From positions 62,001 to 126,000 of the forward strand of contig JAVECO010000039.1 of assembly GCA_051942205.1 (NCBI GenBank): a stretch of DNA of 64,000 nucleotides, given 5' to 3'. A program made the position numbers and the translations under genes. Below are positions 35,621-47,096 of this stretch, piece by piece (within the stretch, counting starts at the first letter, position 1; each line of letters starts with the position of its first letter). Below the pieces are notes generated by a model. The model saw only the letters and a list, made by a program, of their open reading frames with translations. It was not told the origin of the DNA and ran no database searches. Source of the DNA: Coniocarpon cinnabarinum. Lineage: Eukaryota.

Positions 35621-37237
35621 TTAGCCAAGAAAGCGCTTCAGCTCTCCTCCGATGTTTTCAAGGTCGAGTAGAAACGTATCATGGCCGAAGAGGCTCTTGT
35701 CCTCTCCAAGCTCCACATGGGTGACTTGCCGGTTCCCAGTCCGCCTGATAGTCTGAGCCACTTCGTACTGCTGCCATGATGGAAACAGAATGTCCGAGGC
35801 TACGCCCATGACAAGGGACGGGATGTTACGTAGGGGCTGTAGACCTGCTATGAGATCTTCGGGAGGCTCTTGATGTGTCGGCTGTTGAGTTGACGACTGC
35901 TCGTGAGGCTGCTCTTCGTATGGCTTTGCGGGCAGGGATAAAGTGCACATGGCATCTTGCGTACGCCCTTGTTGCGTGTTCTCCTTGATCAGAGTGCGGG
36001 TCTGTCTTCGCCGCTCGGCGATCATATCTCGATGCTGCTTTCCTAGATCGAACAGATCCATTGCCTTGCTGATATATAGCAAGCTGTTTGCGTCATACTC
36101 AAGGCACCACTTCTCACCAGCGTGATCTAGGTACGTCTCAATCAAGAAGTCAGGACACAGCGCAGGCGGCCGGCTTGGATCTGCTCTTAGCCTTCCGAAG
36201 CGTTTCTCCCATTCGGGTCCGCTCCTGTATGTAACAGTGGCGATCTCTCGAGCTAGCTTCATGCCACTGTGAGGTGGCACATTGTCGTAGTATTCACCGC
36301 GCCGCCAATTCGGGTCTACCATAAGCACTTGTCGCTGGACGTGACGCAGCGCGATGCTGTACGGGTGACTGCGCGCACAGCCGCTGATACTTGCGATGCG
36401 GGCAACGCGCTCTGGGAACAAGACCCCAGCGGCGAGTGATTGCATGCCACCCATACTGCTGCCAATGCTGGCGTATATTCGAGATATGCCCAAGTTGTCC
36501 AGTAGCTGGAATTGCGCCTTCACCATGTCCTCCATTGTGAGAATCGGGAATCGCGTCGCGTATCTCTCACCATTCGCGGGATCAATGCTGCTTGGGCCTG
36601 TGGAGCCATAACAGCTTCCCAAGACATTGGTACATATCACAAAGTATTTATTGGTATCGAGCGGCGCACCAGGTCCGATGAATCTTTCCCACCAACCTGG
36701 TTTGGGATTGGCTGGCGTGCTCTTTGCGTGAGAAGATGCCGACAGTCCCGTTTGCAGCAATATTGCATTTGTCTTATCCGCATTCAATTCTCCCCATGTT
36801 TCATATGCGATGGTATGCTCCCGAAGCACGCCGCCCCAGTCCAGCAGAAGCGGCTCATGGCAGACGAAGGACTGATGTGCCCCAGTGGTGTATGAGGGCT
36901 CAGGGCCTGTGCTCGAGGATGCGGAAGCGCGCTGTTGGGAAAGAGACGCTGAGCGTGTTTCCACGGCGTCGAGACATGGGAAGGTCAGCGGTGGATTCGA
37001 AGAGGCTGGTGGCACGGGCGCGGAAGAGTCAGATAGGTCTGACTTCTGCTCAGGCTCTGGAGCAAGCGCTGGCTGAGACGAATAGGCGCGACAGCCATTG
37101 CTGCCGCTTCTCGAGCACTGTAGCAGATGACGGCGACCTGCAAAGGCTGGGCGGAGAGCGTAACCACATCGACAAACTGAGGGAGGAGCTCGGGCCACTT
37201 TGGACAGCAAGGTCCATGCGGGCTTTGCATACGCCAT
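35621..37237 (-). CDS. MetX-family serine O-acyltransferase (S. pombe Cys2 / A. nidulans CysA-like), probably mitochondrial; intronless
   Basis: [80 protein letters not shown]. Arg/Ser-rich presequence-like N-terminus ending near RAYSS. Confidence 0.92.
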   Translation of the reverse strand: MAYAKPAWTLLSKVARAPPSVCRCGYALRPAFAGRRHLLQCSRSGSNGCRAYSSQPALAPEPEQKSDLSDSSAPVPPASSNPPLTFPCLDAVETRSASLSQQRASASSSTGPEPSYTTGAHQSFVCHEPLLLDWGGVLREHTIAYETWGELNADKTNAILLQTGLSASSHAKSTPANPKPGWWERFIGPGAPLDTNKYFVICTNVLGSCYGSTGPSSIDPANGERYATRFPILTMEDMVKAQFQLLDNLGISRIYASIGSSMGGMQSLAAGVLFPERVARIASISGCARSHPYSIALRHVQRQVLMVDPNWRRGEYYDNVPPHSGMKLAREIATVTYRSGPEWEKRFGRLRADPSRPPALCPDFLIETYLDHAGEKWCLEYDANSLLYISKAMDLFDLGKQHRDMIAERRRQTRTLIKENTQQGRTQDAMCTLSLPAKPYEEQPHEQSSTQQPTHQEPPEDLIAGLQPLRNIPSLVMGVASDILFPSWQQYEVAQTIRRTGNRQVTHVELGEDKSLFGHDTFLLDLENIGGELKRFLG

Positions 37238-37740
37238 GTCGCCCACCAATCTGGCGTGAAGACTGCACAAAAATGTTGCACAAGGCCTCACACAAGTCTG
37301 ACACGCCTTTGAAGCATTTTGAGCTCGTTGAGCGGCCAAGATCTCGCTAGGTGATGTTTTGAGATTCAAGGCGAGCACGTCATCTGGCCCTGTAGGGCGA
37401 CAGCTTAACATCCCAAGATCTTCAGTGACACGTGCGGGAGCGCTAAGCAAGGAGCGCTAGTCGTACGCGCTGCACCGCTCGGCAATACCGGCCAAGAGAT
37501 CTTGGCAAATGTCGAGAAATAGACACGACGGAAAGACGTGTTCCCTTGCGCTGTTCAATTCATCAGAGATACGCCTCAGTCTTGTGTTGGACGCTGACGC
37601 TGGCGTGCCTCCACTTCTCAGCCAGCAGCTACCGTGACGACAGGCCCGAGCTTTCCAATGGCTTCTTTTCCCTTGCTAGATTCATGAGCGTATCATAGCA
37701 ACGCGCCTCTTTGCATGGCAGACTCCATCCTCTCACATTG

Positions 37741-40014
37741 ATGGCACGCACCGTCCGGCGATATGGCCTCTTCGTCGTCCTCAGCGTCGTGGCCGTGTAC
37801 ATCCTCCTGTCATACCTCCCTATTGTGGGATATGGCCCCTCTCTCTTCTTTGGCGACCAGTCAAGAAACTCCCGCGGCGGCATACCTATACAAGATGCCT
37901 TTCGCAAATGGCGACTCACCAAGACGCATTTCCCTGTTAAGAGATACATCCGCCTTCCGGGTGCCTTCGAGGCGCACATTCCACGGATACAGCATGACTT
38001 CAGGAAGTTTCGTGAGAGCGAGATGCGCAAGGAGGAGAGACACAAGAGGAGGAAGGCCATCCAAGAAGCTTTTGAGCATAGCTGGAACGGATACGAGAAA
38101 TATGCGTGGCTACACGACGAGATAGCGCCCATGAGCGGTGGACATCGCGATCCCTTCGGAGCTTGGGGTGCTACGCTGGTGGACAGTCTGGACACTTTAT
38201 GGATCATGGGCATGGAAAAGGAGTTCGAGATGGCAACGAACGAGCTGCGCAAAATTGATTTTACGCAATGTGATATGGATGTCATCAACCTCTTTGAAAC
38301 GGTCATACGATACATTGGCGGCATGCTAGGGGCGTACGACTTATCCGGGAAAAAGTATAATGTATTATTACATAAGGCGATTGAGCTGGGAGAGATGCTG
38401 TACCACGCTTTCGATACCCCTAACCACATGCCACTTACAAGATGGAACTGGACGGTGGCAGCATACGGCGAAGAGATGCAGCAAGCAAGCACGGATGTCA
38501 TTGTCGCAGAGCTGGGCAGCATGACCTTGGAATTCACCAGATTGACGCAATTGACCGGCGACAAGAAGTACTATGATGCAGTCCAACGCATCATGAATCT
38601 TTTCCAGGCCGAGCAGAATCAGACCAAGATCCCAGGGCTGTGGCCACTGCGCGTAGATGCGCAGAACATGAATCTCCACGAAGGAGAGGCGTTTACTCTT
38701 GGCGGCCAAGCAGACAGCCTGTACGAATATCTACCTAAGCAGTATCTCCTTCTGGGCGGTCGAGATGAAGCGCTCAAGGATATGTACGAAAACGCTCTCG
38801 AAGCTGCAAAGACTTACCTCGCATTTGAGCCCATGATACCGCTGCAGTCAGAGGACAGCGGACCTCCCTCAGATCAATCACGCCCACCTACGAAGCAAGA
38901 AGCGCTCGGCGATCCCGATGCCTCCCCAAAGCTAAAGGCCAAACGCGACTACGACTTTTCTCCCGACTACTCCAACCCGATCCTCTTGGGGACCGCGACA
39001 TCCCAATCCGCGACATCTTCAGTCCACCTCACTCCCCTCGCTCAACATTTGTCATGTTACGCTGGCGGGATGGTCGCGCTTGCAGCACGAGCGTTCTCAC
39101 CCTATTACCTCCACGAAATCACGGACGAAAATCTAGACCTTGCCGAACGCCTCGTAGCAGGTTGCGTATGGAGCTACAAAGCCACGCCTTCCAAGATCGG
39201 CCCTGAGCTCTTCGTCGCAGCACCCTGTCGAAGAGGACGTGCCGCTATCACATCCGGCGAAGAGCGCGACTGGACTGGTGTCGAGCCTGGCAAGTGCCGA
39301 TGGGATCGCGAGAAATGGGAAAAGGCGGTTCGCACGCATTTTACCGCTTCCAGAGACCCAGCTCAATTGGCTCTGGAGGAGAGCTCGGATCCTGATTACT
39401 GGGAGAATGAGATCCGGCGCATGGGCTTGCGAGAGGGGTTCGTCGAGGTCGTGGATTCGTCGTATAAGCTGCGGCCAGAGGCTGTGGAGAGCTTATTCGT
39501 GCTCTACCGTATCACTGGAGACCCGAAATACCAGGATATTGCATGGGATATGTGGGAGGCTATCGATCAAGTGGCGCGGACGAAATACGCATACGCAGGC
39601 GTGGCAGACGTAATGGTCCCGCCTGTTCTCAGCAAGCGCGACGAAGACGTTGACGAGGCCGAAAAACTCGAAGCCAAGCTTACAAAGCGAGACGCCAAAC
39701 CAGAAACCGAAGATGGCCAAGAAGTGAAGAAGAATTTCCCGCAAGCCAAAGGCAAAGCGAAGGAACAGCGGCGAAAGAGCGGCAAGCCTTCAGGGCCTGC
39801 ACTGATGGAGAAACGGCGGAAGACGCATAAACCCTCGGGTCCGCCATTGATGGATAATATGGAGTCGTTTTGGACTGCGGAGACGCTCAAGTATTTTTAC
39901 TTGATCTTTGCTGAGCCGAGTCTGGTTAGCTTGGACGAGTATGTGTTCAATACGGAGGCACATCCGTTTCGATGGCGGGATGGTCCGCCTAAGCCGGGTG
40001 AGAATCATGGCTAG
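37741..40014 (+). CDS. Class I alpha-1,2-mannosidase (GH47), type II membrane protein; intronless
   Basis: N-terminal TM helix; FEHSWNGYEKYAWLHDEIAP, FGAWGATLVDSLDTLWIMG, NLFETVIRYIGG, GGQADSLYEYLPK, LRPEAVESLF, MESFWTAETLKYFYL, FNTEAHP. Confidence 0.97.
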   Translation: MARTVRRYGLFVVLSVVAVYILLSYLPIVGYGPSLFFGDQSRNSRGGIPIQDAFRKWRLTKTHFPVKRYIRLPGAFEAHIPRIQHDFRKFRESEMRKEERHKRRKAIQEAFEHSWNGYEKYAWLHDEIAPMSGGHRDPFGAWGATLVDSLDTLWIMGMEKEFEMATNELRKIDFTQCDMDVINLFETVIRYIGGMLGAYDLSGKKYNVLLHKAIELGEMLYHAFDTPNHMPLTRWNWTVAAYGEEMQQASTDVIVAELGSMTLEFTRLTQLTGDKKYYDAVQRIMNLFQAEQNQTKIPGLWPLRVDAQNMNLHEGEAFTLGGQADSLYEYLPKQYLLLGGRDEALKDMYENALEAAKTYLAFEPMIPLQSEDSGPPSDQSRPPTKQEALGDPDASPKLKAKRDYDFSPDYSNPILLGTATSQSATSSVHLTPLAQHLSCYAGGMVALAARAFSPYYLHEITDENLDLAERLVAGCVWSYKATPSKIGPELFVAAPCRRGRAAITSGEERDWTGVEPGKCRWDREKWEKAVRTHFTASRDPAQLALEESSDPDYWENEIRRMGLREGFVEVVDSSYKLRPEAVESLFVLYRITGDPKYQDIAWDMWEAIDQVARTKYAYAGVADVMVPPVLSKRDEDVDEAEKLEAKLTKRDAKPETEDGQEVKKNFPQAKGKAKEQRRKSGKPSGPALMEKRRKTHKPSGPPLMDNMESFWTAETLKYFYLIFAEPSLVSLDEYVFNTEAHPFRWRDGPPKPGENHG

Positions 40015-40725
40015 CATTGAGTGGAGTTGTGTAGCATAATAGCATGAATTTGCATCGTTACACTCGCGCTGCTGAAGCAGAATTGTTCTTTCCGAGGTGT
40101 TGTTTACTGCACTACTGGTAGGACGTCACCCAGCAACTAGCTACCTTCTCTCGCTTGTCATATCTCGTCTAGAGGGGCGTGCATCTGGTGCCGTCATACC
40201 TTGCTGTTGTCTTTGACTATGAGAGAAAGCTGTGTCGAAGCGCTGCATATCTTTAGCAAGTTTCCCTTCCTTCTACGAGCTTTAATTAGCAGGTTAAAAA
40301 AATCTACGTAATCTCGTAGCTCTCGTCAAACTTCGGACTGTTGCATTGTTCTATTCTACAGCAACATCATGAGACAGCCAAAAAGGTCGTCTTATGTTAC
40401 TGTCTATTATTCTCGTTCTTCGCACGTGTTGTTGCCAAATGCATTGACGCTCCCCCTCACCGCTAGACAGGAGCTAGTATGTAAGTAAGCAGCCGAACTG
40501 GGCTTTGTTGAAGATATTTCGAAAGATTGGCCCCAGCAGTCACGCTTGTTTGTGCTCTATCAACGCGTATAGTGTAGAAATGTTGAAGCCATGTTGGTGA
40601 TAGACTGCTACTGTCCGTGTGTGGTCGGCTAAATCACTATGCTGATACTGGGCCTGAGAGAAGTACATTCTTCACGAAATGCCATGACGTCGTAATTTTT
40701 TGTAGCTTGGAGGTAAAATCTCTTC

Positions 40726-41220
40726 TCATAGCGCTCCCTGAATCGCAAAGCTCGACAAAATCAAGATCAAGCTATTGATCAAACCCCACACGAACGGCAC
40801 CCACGTCGACATTCGGAAATGACCCGCATTGTACACCGCCGCCAGTAGCCCGCCCACACAGCTCCCCGCCATGAACGCCTCGACGCCTCCAATGACCGCA
40901 AACACGAACGGCGCTAGCCAAATGACTTTCCAGTTCCGCAGCTGTATCACCACTGCGTAGCCCGAGGCGGACAGATGCATGGCGGCGTAGGGTATCAGCG
41001 TCCAGAAGAGGGTGAAGCGCCAGATGTCGGAGGCATTGTAGAGGAAGTAGGCTTGGTCGCCGGTGAGTGGGAAGGGCCAGTAGAGGGAGGGAAAGGGAGG
41101 GGTGATGTAGTCTTGTGGCTTGGGCGCGATGACATTTTGGTCGAGGAGACGACTGGTGAGTGTAATGTCAGTTGGAGTACGAGGCATAACGAGTTTGAAG
41201 GGATGAAAGACGTACCTCAT
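40726..41220 (-). CDS. TMEM170-like small integral membrane protein; 5-nt first coding exon, intron 41153-41215
   Basis: YITPPFPSLYWP...DIWRFTLFWTL...GLLAAVYNAGHFRMSTWVPFVWG, three hydrophobic helices. Confidence 0.85.
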   Translation of the reverse strand: MRYVFHPFKLVMPRTPTDITLTSRLLDQNVIAPKPQDYITPPFPSLYWPFPLTGDQAYFLYNASDIWRFTLFWTLIPYAAMHLSASGYAVVIQLRNWKVIWLAPFVFAVIGGVEAFMAGSCVGGLLAAVYNAGHFRMSTWVPFVWGLINSLILILSSFAIQGAL

Positions 41221-41585
41221 GGTGGATTAACGAGACAAAGCAGTGGCATTATCGCTTCGTGCTGCAAAGCGCTGTATCCACCCGCCTGTTCATGTTGCAC
41301 GGCGGCATTGGTACAACGAATTTCAAGTTCTTGTTGATGGTCGTTTGAGGACCTTGATGGTCGCGCTTGCGGCACACTTGTCAATCTGCGCCAAAGTTGA
41401 GCCGAGGCAGGACCTTATCGGGACTAGCTTTTCAATCGGCCGTGAGCTTGCATACGTACCTTCGTAGGTAGTCACTTGAATCAATGTTTTGGCTGCGCTG
41501 TGGGTTGTAACGCAGCTGTAAGTTCTACCCGGAGAGGCTCCACAAATTTTCAAAGAGGCTGAAGCACGGTTTACTGGCACCAATC

Positions 41586-43750
41586 ATGCCTGCCGACCGA
41601 GTGCTTGGAAACCTTCTTCAAGCACTTGAAAATGACGAAGCAGTCGATCCCTCAAGGCAAGTGGTTTTAGAATTGAAATACTCATCTAGGCCGTCTGACG
41701 ATGTTCGAATCTCAGGATATATGGCACAGCAATACATCTCTTGACCACCCTCACAAACCCACTAAATCTCACGCTTCTAACGCATCACCTCCTCACGTCC
41801 CCCACGCTTTGGTCCTCACCGCACACGTCGAATCTGACCAGTACTGTCCGCTTCTTGTCCATATTCCGCTTAGCAGCTTCTAAAATACGGCAGCATGGGA
41901 AAGAGCAGCAGGAAAAGGAAGAGAAAGGCATTCCAGATCCTTCAATCCCTCCGGGACAGCCGTCCATTGGTGGTAACCTATCACGAGGTGAATGGCTGCG
42001 CAGCATTCTGAAAGGTGCAGATGAGCGCTCGCCATGCTGGCGGCATACTTTGGTGTTTTCTGGACTGCTTATTGGCTTCACTTCACAAGGTCGCACGAGA
42101 CTTATCGGGAGATTAAAAGACACATTGGAGAATGCGCTCGTCCGAGCTGTGAACATGTCATTGGAAAGTGCCGGACGTGACGAAGAGCTAGCAGCCGGTA
42201 GTATCGCTTTGGCAGTTGTCTACAGCTTTTCTCTCATCGAGGAGCCGACGCGATCACGCATTGATTATGACAGACTTCTTCCCGTCCTACTCGGCTCCAG
42301 CTTGTTCTCCCAAGATGGCTACCGCTCTGGTCGTTTGTTCGAAGATATAAACAGAGACGTGAATGAGGTATATACAGAGGCCCAACGGAAGCTTGCCTGG
42401 CCCAGTGAATCTTCGTCTTTCCTCCGATTCCAAGCCATGATCACCCAACCTCTGGTCCAAACGATGGGTCCCATGTCTCGCCTCATCGCCCACACAGTCA
42501 CACATCTCCAGCAGCCCTGGCTCATTCAAACAGCCATGGACGACCTTCTTGCTTTCGCCCGCATACTCGAGTCCTCATGGCGACAATGCCGCCTCTCATC
42601 CATCGACGCCGCCCAAGAATCCACCGCATTCGACGGGGCAACCAGCTCAACCTCTCTTCCTCTACTCTGGCGAAGTCTTCGATCCGCCCTCTTCGCCATC
42701 ACCATCATACTCCGCGGCGTCATGACACGCCTCTTGACCGATCGTGCCCTCTCCACTGATGATGTCGCGCCAGAGCTGGCCTTGCAAACACTACATACGC
42801 TGCGCCATCTTTATTTCATTCTAACGCACCACGCCACGCCTTCAGCTTTCTCACCACATACCTTTGTAAACCTCACAGCTCTCGACATACTCTCGGCTTA
42901 TCCAAAAGCCGCCTCATCCTTCCTCGATTCCGTCCGTCCATCAGTCAACCCAAACCACCCACTCGATCTCGTGAATCTTCTGTACTACCTCAACACAGCC
43001 GAGCACCTCGCCCTCTCTCTTCCTCTGTCCTCAACTACACCCCTCATCCAAGTCGCAACACCCTACCTGACTCCGAATCCTATACCCATCCTATCATCCT
43101 CAGCGTTAAAAACGCCGATTTTCGAGTCCGCTCATTCTCTCGTCCTCGCTGTCCTAGCATCCCCTCAGAACGCAATACTCACATCACATCACCTCCCCTT
43201 TTACGCTGAGACGGTGCTGCAACTCTTCCCTGCGGATATCTCAGAGCGTCAATTTCGCTTGGCCATGAAGACGCTGGTTCGGGTTGCGAGTCCGCCCTCT
43301 GACGTGAGTTCACGCGTCCCAGAGATGGCGGAGGTGCTGATGGAGCTTATGAGGTACCGCGCCGAGACGGGGGCGGAAGAATTACAAAGCCCAAATCAAA
43401 ACGGCGGGGGGGATAAGACGGGGGATACGGGTGCGGTTGCGACGCTGGTTTTAGCCATGATTGACTCGTTGCCCTTTTTAGCACCGGGCGTGTTGCTGAA
43501 TTGGTTGTCACTCGTCGCGGACTCAATTGGCTACGTGAAGGTGGAGAATGAAAGGGACAAATGCCGTGAGCGCTTTTGGGATTGCATCAGTAATGGGGAG
43601 ATGGATGTGGAGAGGGCGGGCCTCTGTGTTATGTGGTGGGGCGAGTTGCGGGGACGAGAACGATTATGGGGGGCAGCGGAAGGAAGAGAGGAGGCGATGA
43701 TGAGTGGTGCATTAGTTAACGAGGGGGCGGTGGGAGATGCTAAATTATGA
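41586..43750 (+). CDS. PEX8: Peroxin PEX8; 2 exons (GC-AG intron 41657-41715)
   Basis: MPADRVLGNLLQAL...LLTTLTNPLNLTLLTHHLLTSPTLW, GADERSPCWRH, FESAHSLVLAVL, GEMDVER...WWG and a C-terminal PTS1 (AKL). Confidence 0.92.
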
Positions 43751-44000
43751 CATGAGCTATGTGGTTATGAAGCTAGGACGGAAGTTGCGTGCATATAGTA
43801 TCTTGTCTGTGCATATGCAGCGGTCTTTGATGCCTCTTGTCCCACATTGCTCATACTATTAAAATCCCTCCGCATTCGATGGCACAATTTAGTACCTCTC
43901 TCCCACATTCATGTTACTCGTCGACACCAGTAAAGTTGTGAATGAGAACATCATGAGGAAGCTTCATAGACAGCAGCGTATTGTCTCAGGAGTCCCTTCG

Positions 44001-46164
44001 CTAGTCGTGAACGCCTTGCGCGGTGGCGCATGGGTCAGGTCCGTAGGAGATGACCACGGGAGGACTCTTGAAGCGCTCGTCACGGCTCTGCACGAATCAC
44101 GTTAGCTCTGCTGAATGCCGCCAAAGGATTCTCAGACGTCCAGGCGCAGACTCACCAACGTAGCCTTGAAACTGCTCGAAGCCTCGAGATTGCAGAATCG
44201 CCAGGTCGTGTCCTTGCCGCTGTCTCTGATCACAAACCCCATGTACTCCATCGCGCCGGTGTCTTTGCCGAGCTTGTTCAACATCCCAGGCAAGAGCTTG
44301 TCCGGCACATGTTGAGCACGCACGACGCGAGTGACGCCGTGATTGATCATCTCCTTGCGTGTGCCGACAAGTGGCTCGACTTCTTTGTGCGCCTCCACCC
44401 AGACGCTGCGACCCTTGTATTCGATGCCGTTGGCGGTCTCTTCGAGGTAACGAGCACATTGCCGGGCATTCATGAAGAGGACCGAAGCGGTTTTTTCGCC
44501 TGTTTTGTGTTTGATTTCTTCGAGGTCGCCGGCCCAGACCAAAGAGACGACGTCACGGGCCGAGCATTCGATTGGGAGGTTAGATAAGATGACGCGGCGA
44601 ATTTGGGCAGCTGTGACTGTTAGCAGATCTGTTGACTGATGCGTCGAGGGTCGAGTACTCACGTCCGCCTGTGCGTTTTTCGGGCGTCGCCCAGCGGTCG
44701 AAGTAAGTCACATGGCGCTGGTCTTCGTTCGTGTTGACGGTGCCGTGAGTGTACCAGGCCGCGTAGTCCGCCATGGTTCTCAGCGGCATCGCCGGCTCCT
44801 CCGGACGCTGGAGCTTGATGTGCTCCGGTCGAATAGGAGATGGTCCCGACAAGTTGTCGAAACGGCGATCGTTGGGCGCGATGTTGGTTGGTAATGGCCT
44901 GATTGGGATTGCAATGTCTTCCTGTCGACTCGCATTCGAGGCACGTCTCGCGTTTTCGGCGTCATGCCTGTCTCGGGCGCGACGCACTTGCTCACGGATG
45001 ATGGCCTCTCCACCTACAGGAGGTGCACGTTCACGTTCAGCTCTTGGAGCAGTGGGAGGTTGAGGGCCAGCAGCTCTTGCCACTCCAGGACCTCGACCAG
45101 GATCCAATCCGGGTGCAGCCTTAGCAGAACCACCATACATTGCCAAGGCACGACGGTTTTGCTCAGCGATCAGAGCATCGCCTTTCAGAGGCAAGGAGCC
45201 TGGCGGTGGAGGTGGTGCAGCCCTGGGTGCAGTGCGTCTCGGTGGGTTGAGCGAGGGCGACGCTGCCTTCTGAGTCTTTTGTGCTTGTGGAGTCTGAGGA
45301 GCCGGGAGTGGAGAATTGCCGCGTTTCGGTGCATTGGGTTTGCCAAAATATCCTGACTTGGTGCGTTCACGGGAAATGCTTCGCATTCGAGTGTAGGAAG
45401 TCCGTGCGACGTCCTTCAAGCTGGGATCGCCTTTGACGAATAAGCCCATTGTTTGTGGTATCTTGGGACGAGATCCCTGACCACTGGTAGCATGTTTGGA
45501 ATCATTTAAACTGTTCTGTGTGGAGGCTTTGCTGGCTGCTGGTGCTTCAGTAGTGCCGTTGGAGTTTGAGTTTGGCTTCGGCTTCGGCTTCATAGACCTG
45601 GATCGATTCTCGTTAGCTGATCAGAAGTAGAGTGCGTAGATGAAAAGACGAGGGTTCCTCCACCTACGTATGTTCATCGCTCTTCATCGAATGTTCCTTG
45701 AGATCGGTTACAACTTCCTTCACAGCTTGCTTAACAGAGACATTGGCATTTGTTGCTACTGCTTCAGCGTTCATCTTGAGGGCTTTCAGCTTAGCTTCAA
45801 TGTAGTTGTCATCCGTTGGAACCTCATCCTTGCTACCGACTTCGGCTTTAATACCTATAGCACCCGTTGGTACCTGATCTTTACTACCGACTGTAGTCGC
45901 TGAGGGTGAGGTCATCATTAAATCAGAAGGCTTTTGATTCTCCTTGGAGGCATTGTCACGAAGCCTCCGCTGTTCAATCTGGCGGTTGATATATTCTTCG
46001 AGTTCGATTTGCTGCTGACGACGACGAGCATGTGGGTTGTCACCTGGGACGGATGTTTAGCCTACATGATATCCTTGAGCGCAAAGGAAGTCAAGCAGCA
46101 TACCTTTGGGCTTCTGGCTGGAGGGACTGGACTCGTTCTTCTCCCAGGCAGAATCGAGAACCAT
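44001..46164 (-). CDS. Multi-exon protein with Pro/Arg-rich N-terminal part and C-terminal divergent RRM-like pair
   Basis: RRVILSNLPIECSARDVVSLVWAGDLEEI...ASVLFMNARQCARYLEETANGI...GVTRVVRA...FCNLEASSSFKATL|SRDERF...ISYGPDPCA. Canonical introns near 46053-46103, 45597-45667, 44613-44661 and 44088-44155. The 5' exons are less certain. Confidence 0.75.
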
Positions 46165-46859
46165 GATCTGGCTTAGTAGACTCTAACGACAAATTCGCGT
46201 AGAGCTTGAGCTCTACTCAGTGTCAGTTTGACTGAGCGTTGTGCATGACGCAAAGCAGGGCAGTTGTCAAGAGGGGTTCGTTGAGGGATCAGCGGTGAGA
46301 AGGGGGAAGGGAAGAATGGAGGAGCAAGAAATCATTTTCTGGAGCGAGGGATCCGCGGCAATTCATATATCATGTGAATAAGGTACAAGGTGCAGGTGTT
46401 TAGACCCGCTACGCGTCTCTCTGTGCCTTCGTGGTTGATAGGCAAGAGGTACAGTGACATTTTCTCACTGCTTCACCGCTCCTGTTTAGTCCTCACAGTA
46501 TGGATCTCCACCGGCTGCCAGAGACTGAGTCCCAGTGCATTCAGATGCTACAACAGTTTTACGTAGCCAGATATCGCTGTGCAAAGGAGTTTTGACGGGC
46601 AAGCTCTTTGGCTTGAAGGAAGTCGGAAAACTATCTGAGGAAGCAGCAGGAGCACATGAACGCTCGTGCGACTTCCACTTTCGTCAGTATCGCTACAATC
46701 TGCAGCCTTTATGCCGACGCGACAACGTGTTTTTCTGAAGATCATGCAGAGCTCACCTTGCACTTGGTATAACGTCCGTGAACCTCTTTGATTACGTGCC
46801 AGAGGTCAGGATTAGCGCATACGCGCCATCATCTAAATTCCCTCTTTAGGGTCTAATTG

Positions 46860-46882
46860 GACGCGTTGATAAATCGCGTCTC
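46860..46882. promoter_or_regulatory. Candidate MCB-like elements upstream of POB3
   Basis: ACGCGT at 46861 and TCGCGT at about 46875; a further ACGCGT at 46411. Confidence 0.35.
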
Positions 46883-47096
46883 GTGTGGATGCTCCCGCGA
46901 GCAATACCTAAACCTTTTCAACGTCTTTCCCATTCTAACCACATTTCATTCCGCCGGACTTAGCAAAGGGACACATTCTTCACGTCTCTCGCTGAGCTCA
47001 CTCCTCTCTTCCTCCTCTTCGATCGTCCTCCTTTGAATGCAAACCGAGTCTGGGTTTCGTCCTTACCAATTCTGAGCGCAAGGGCGCGACCAGATA

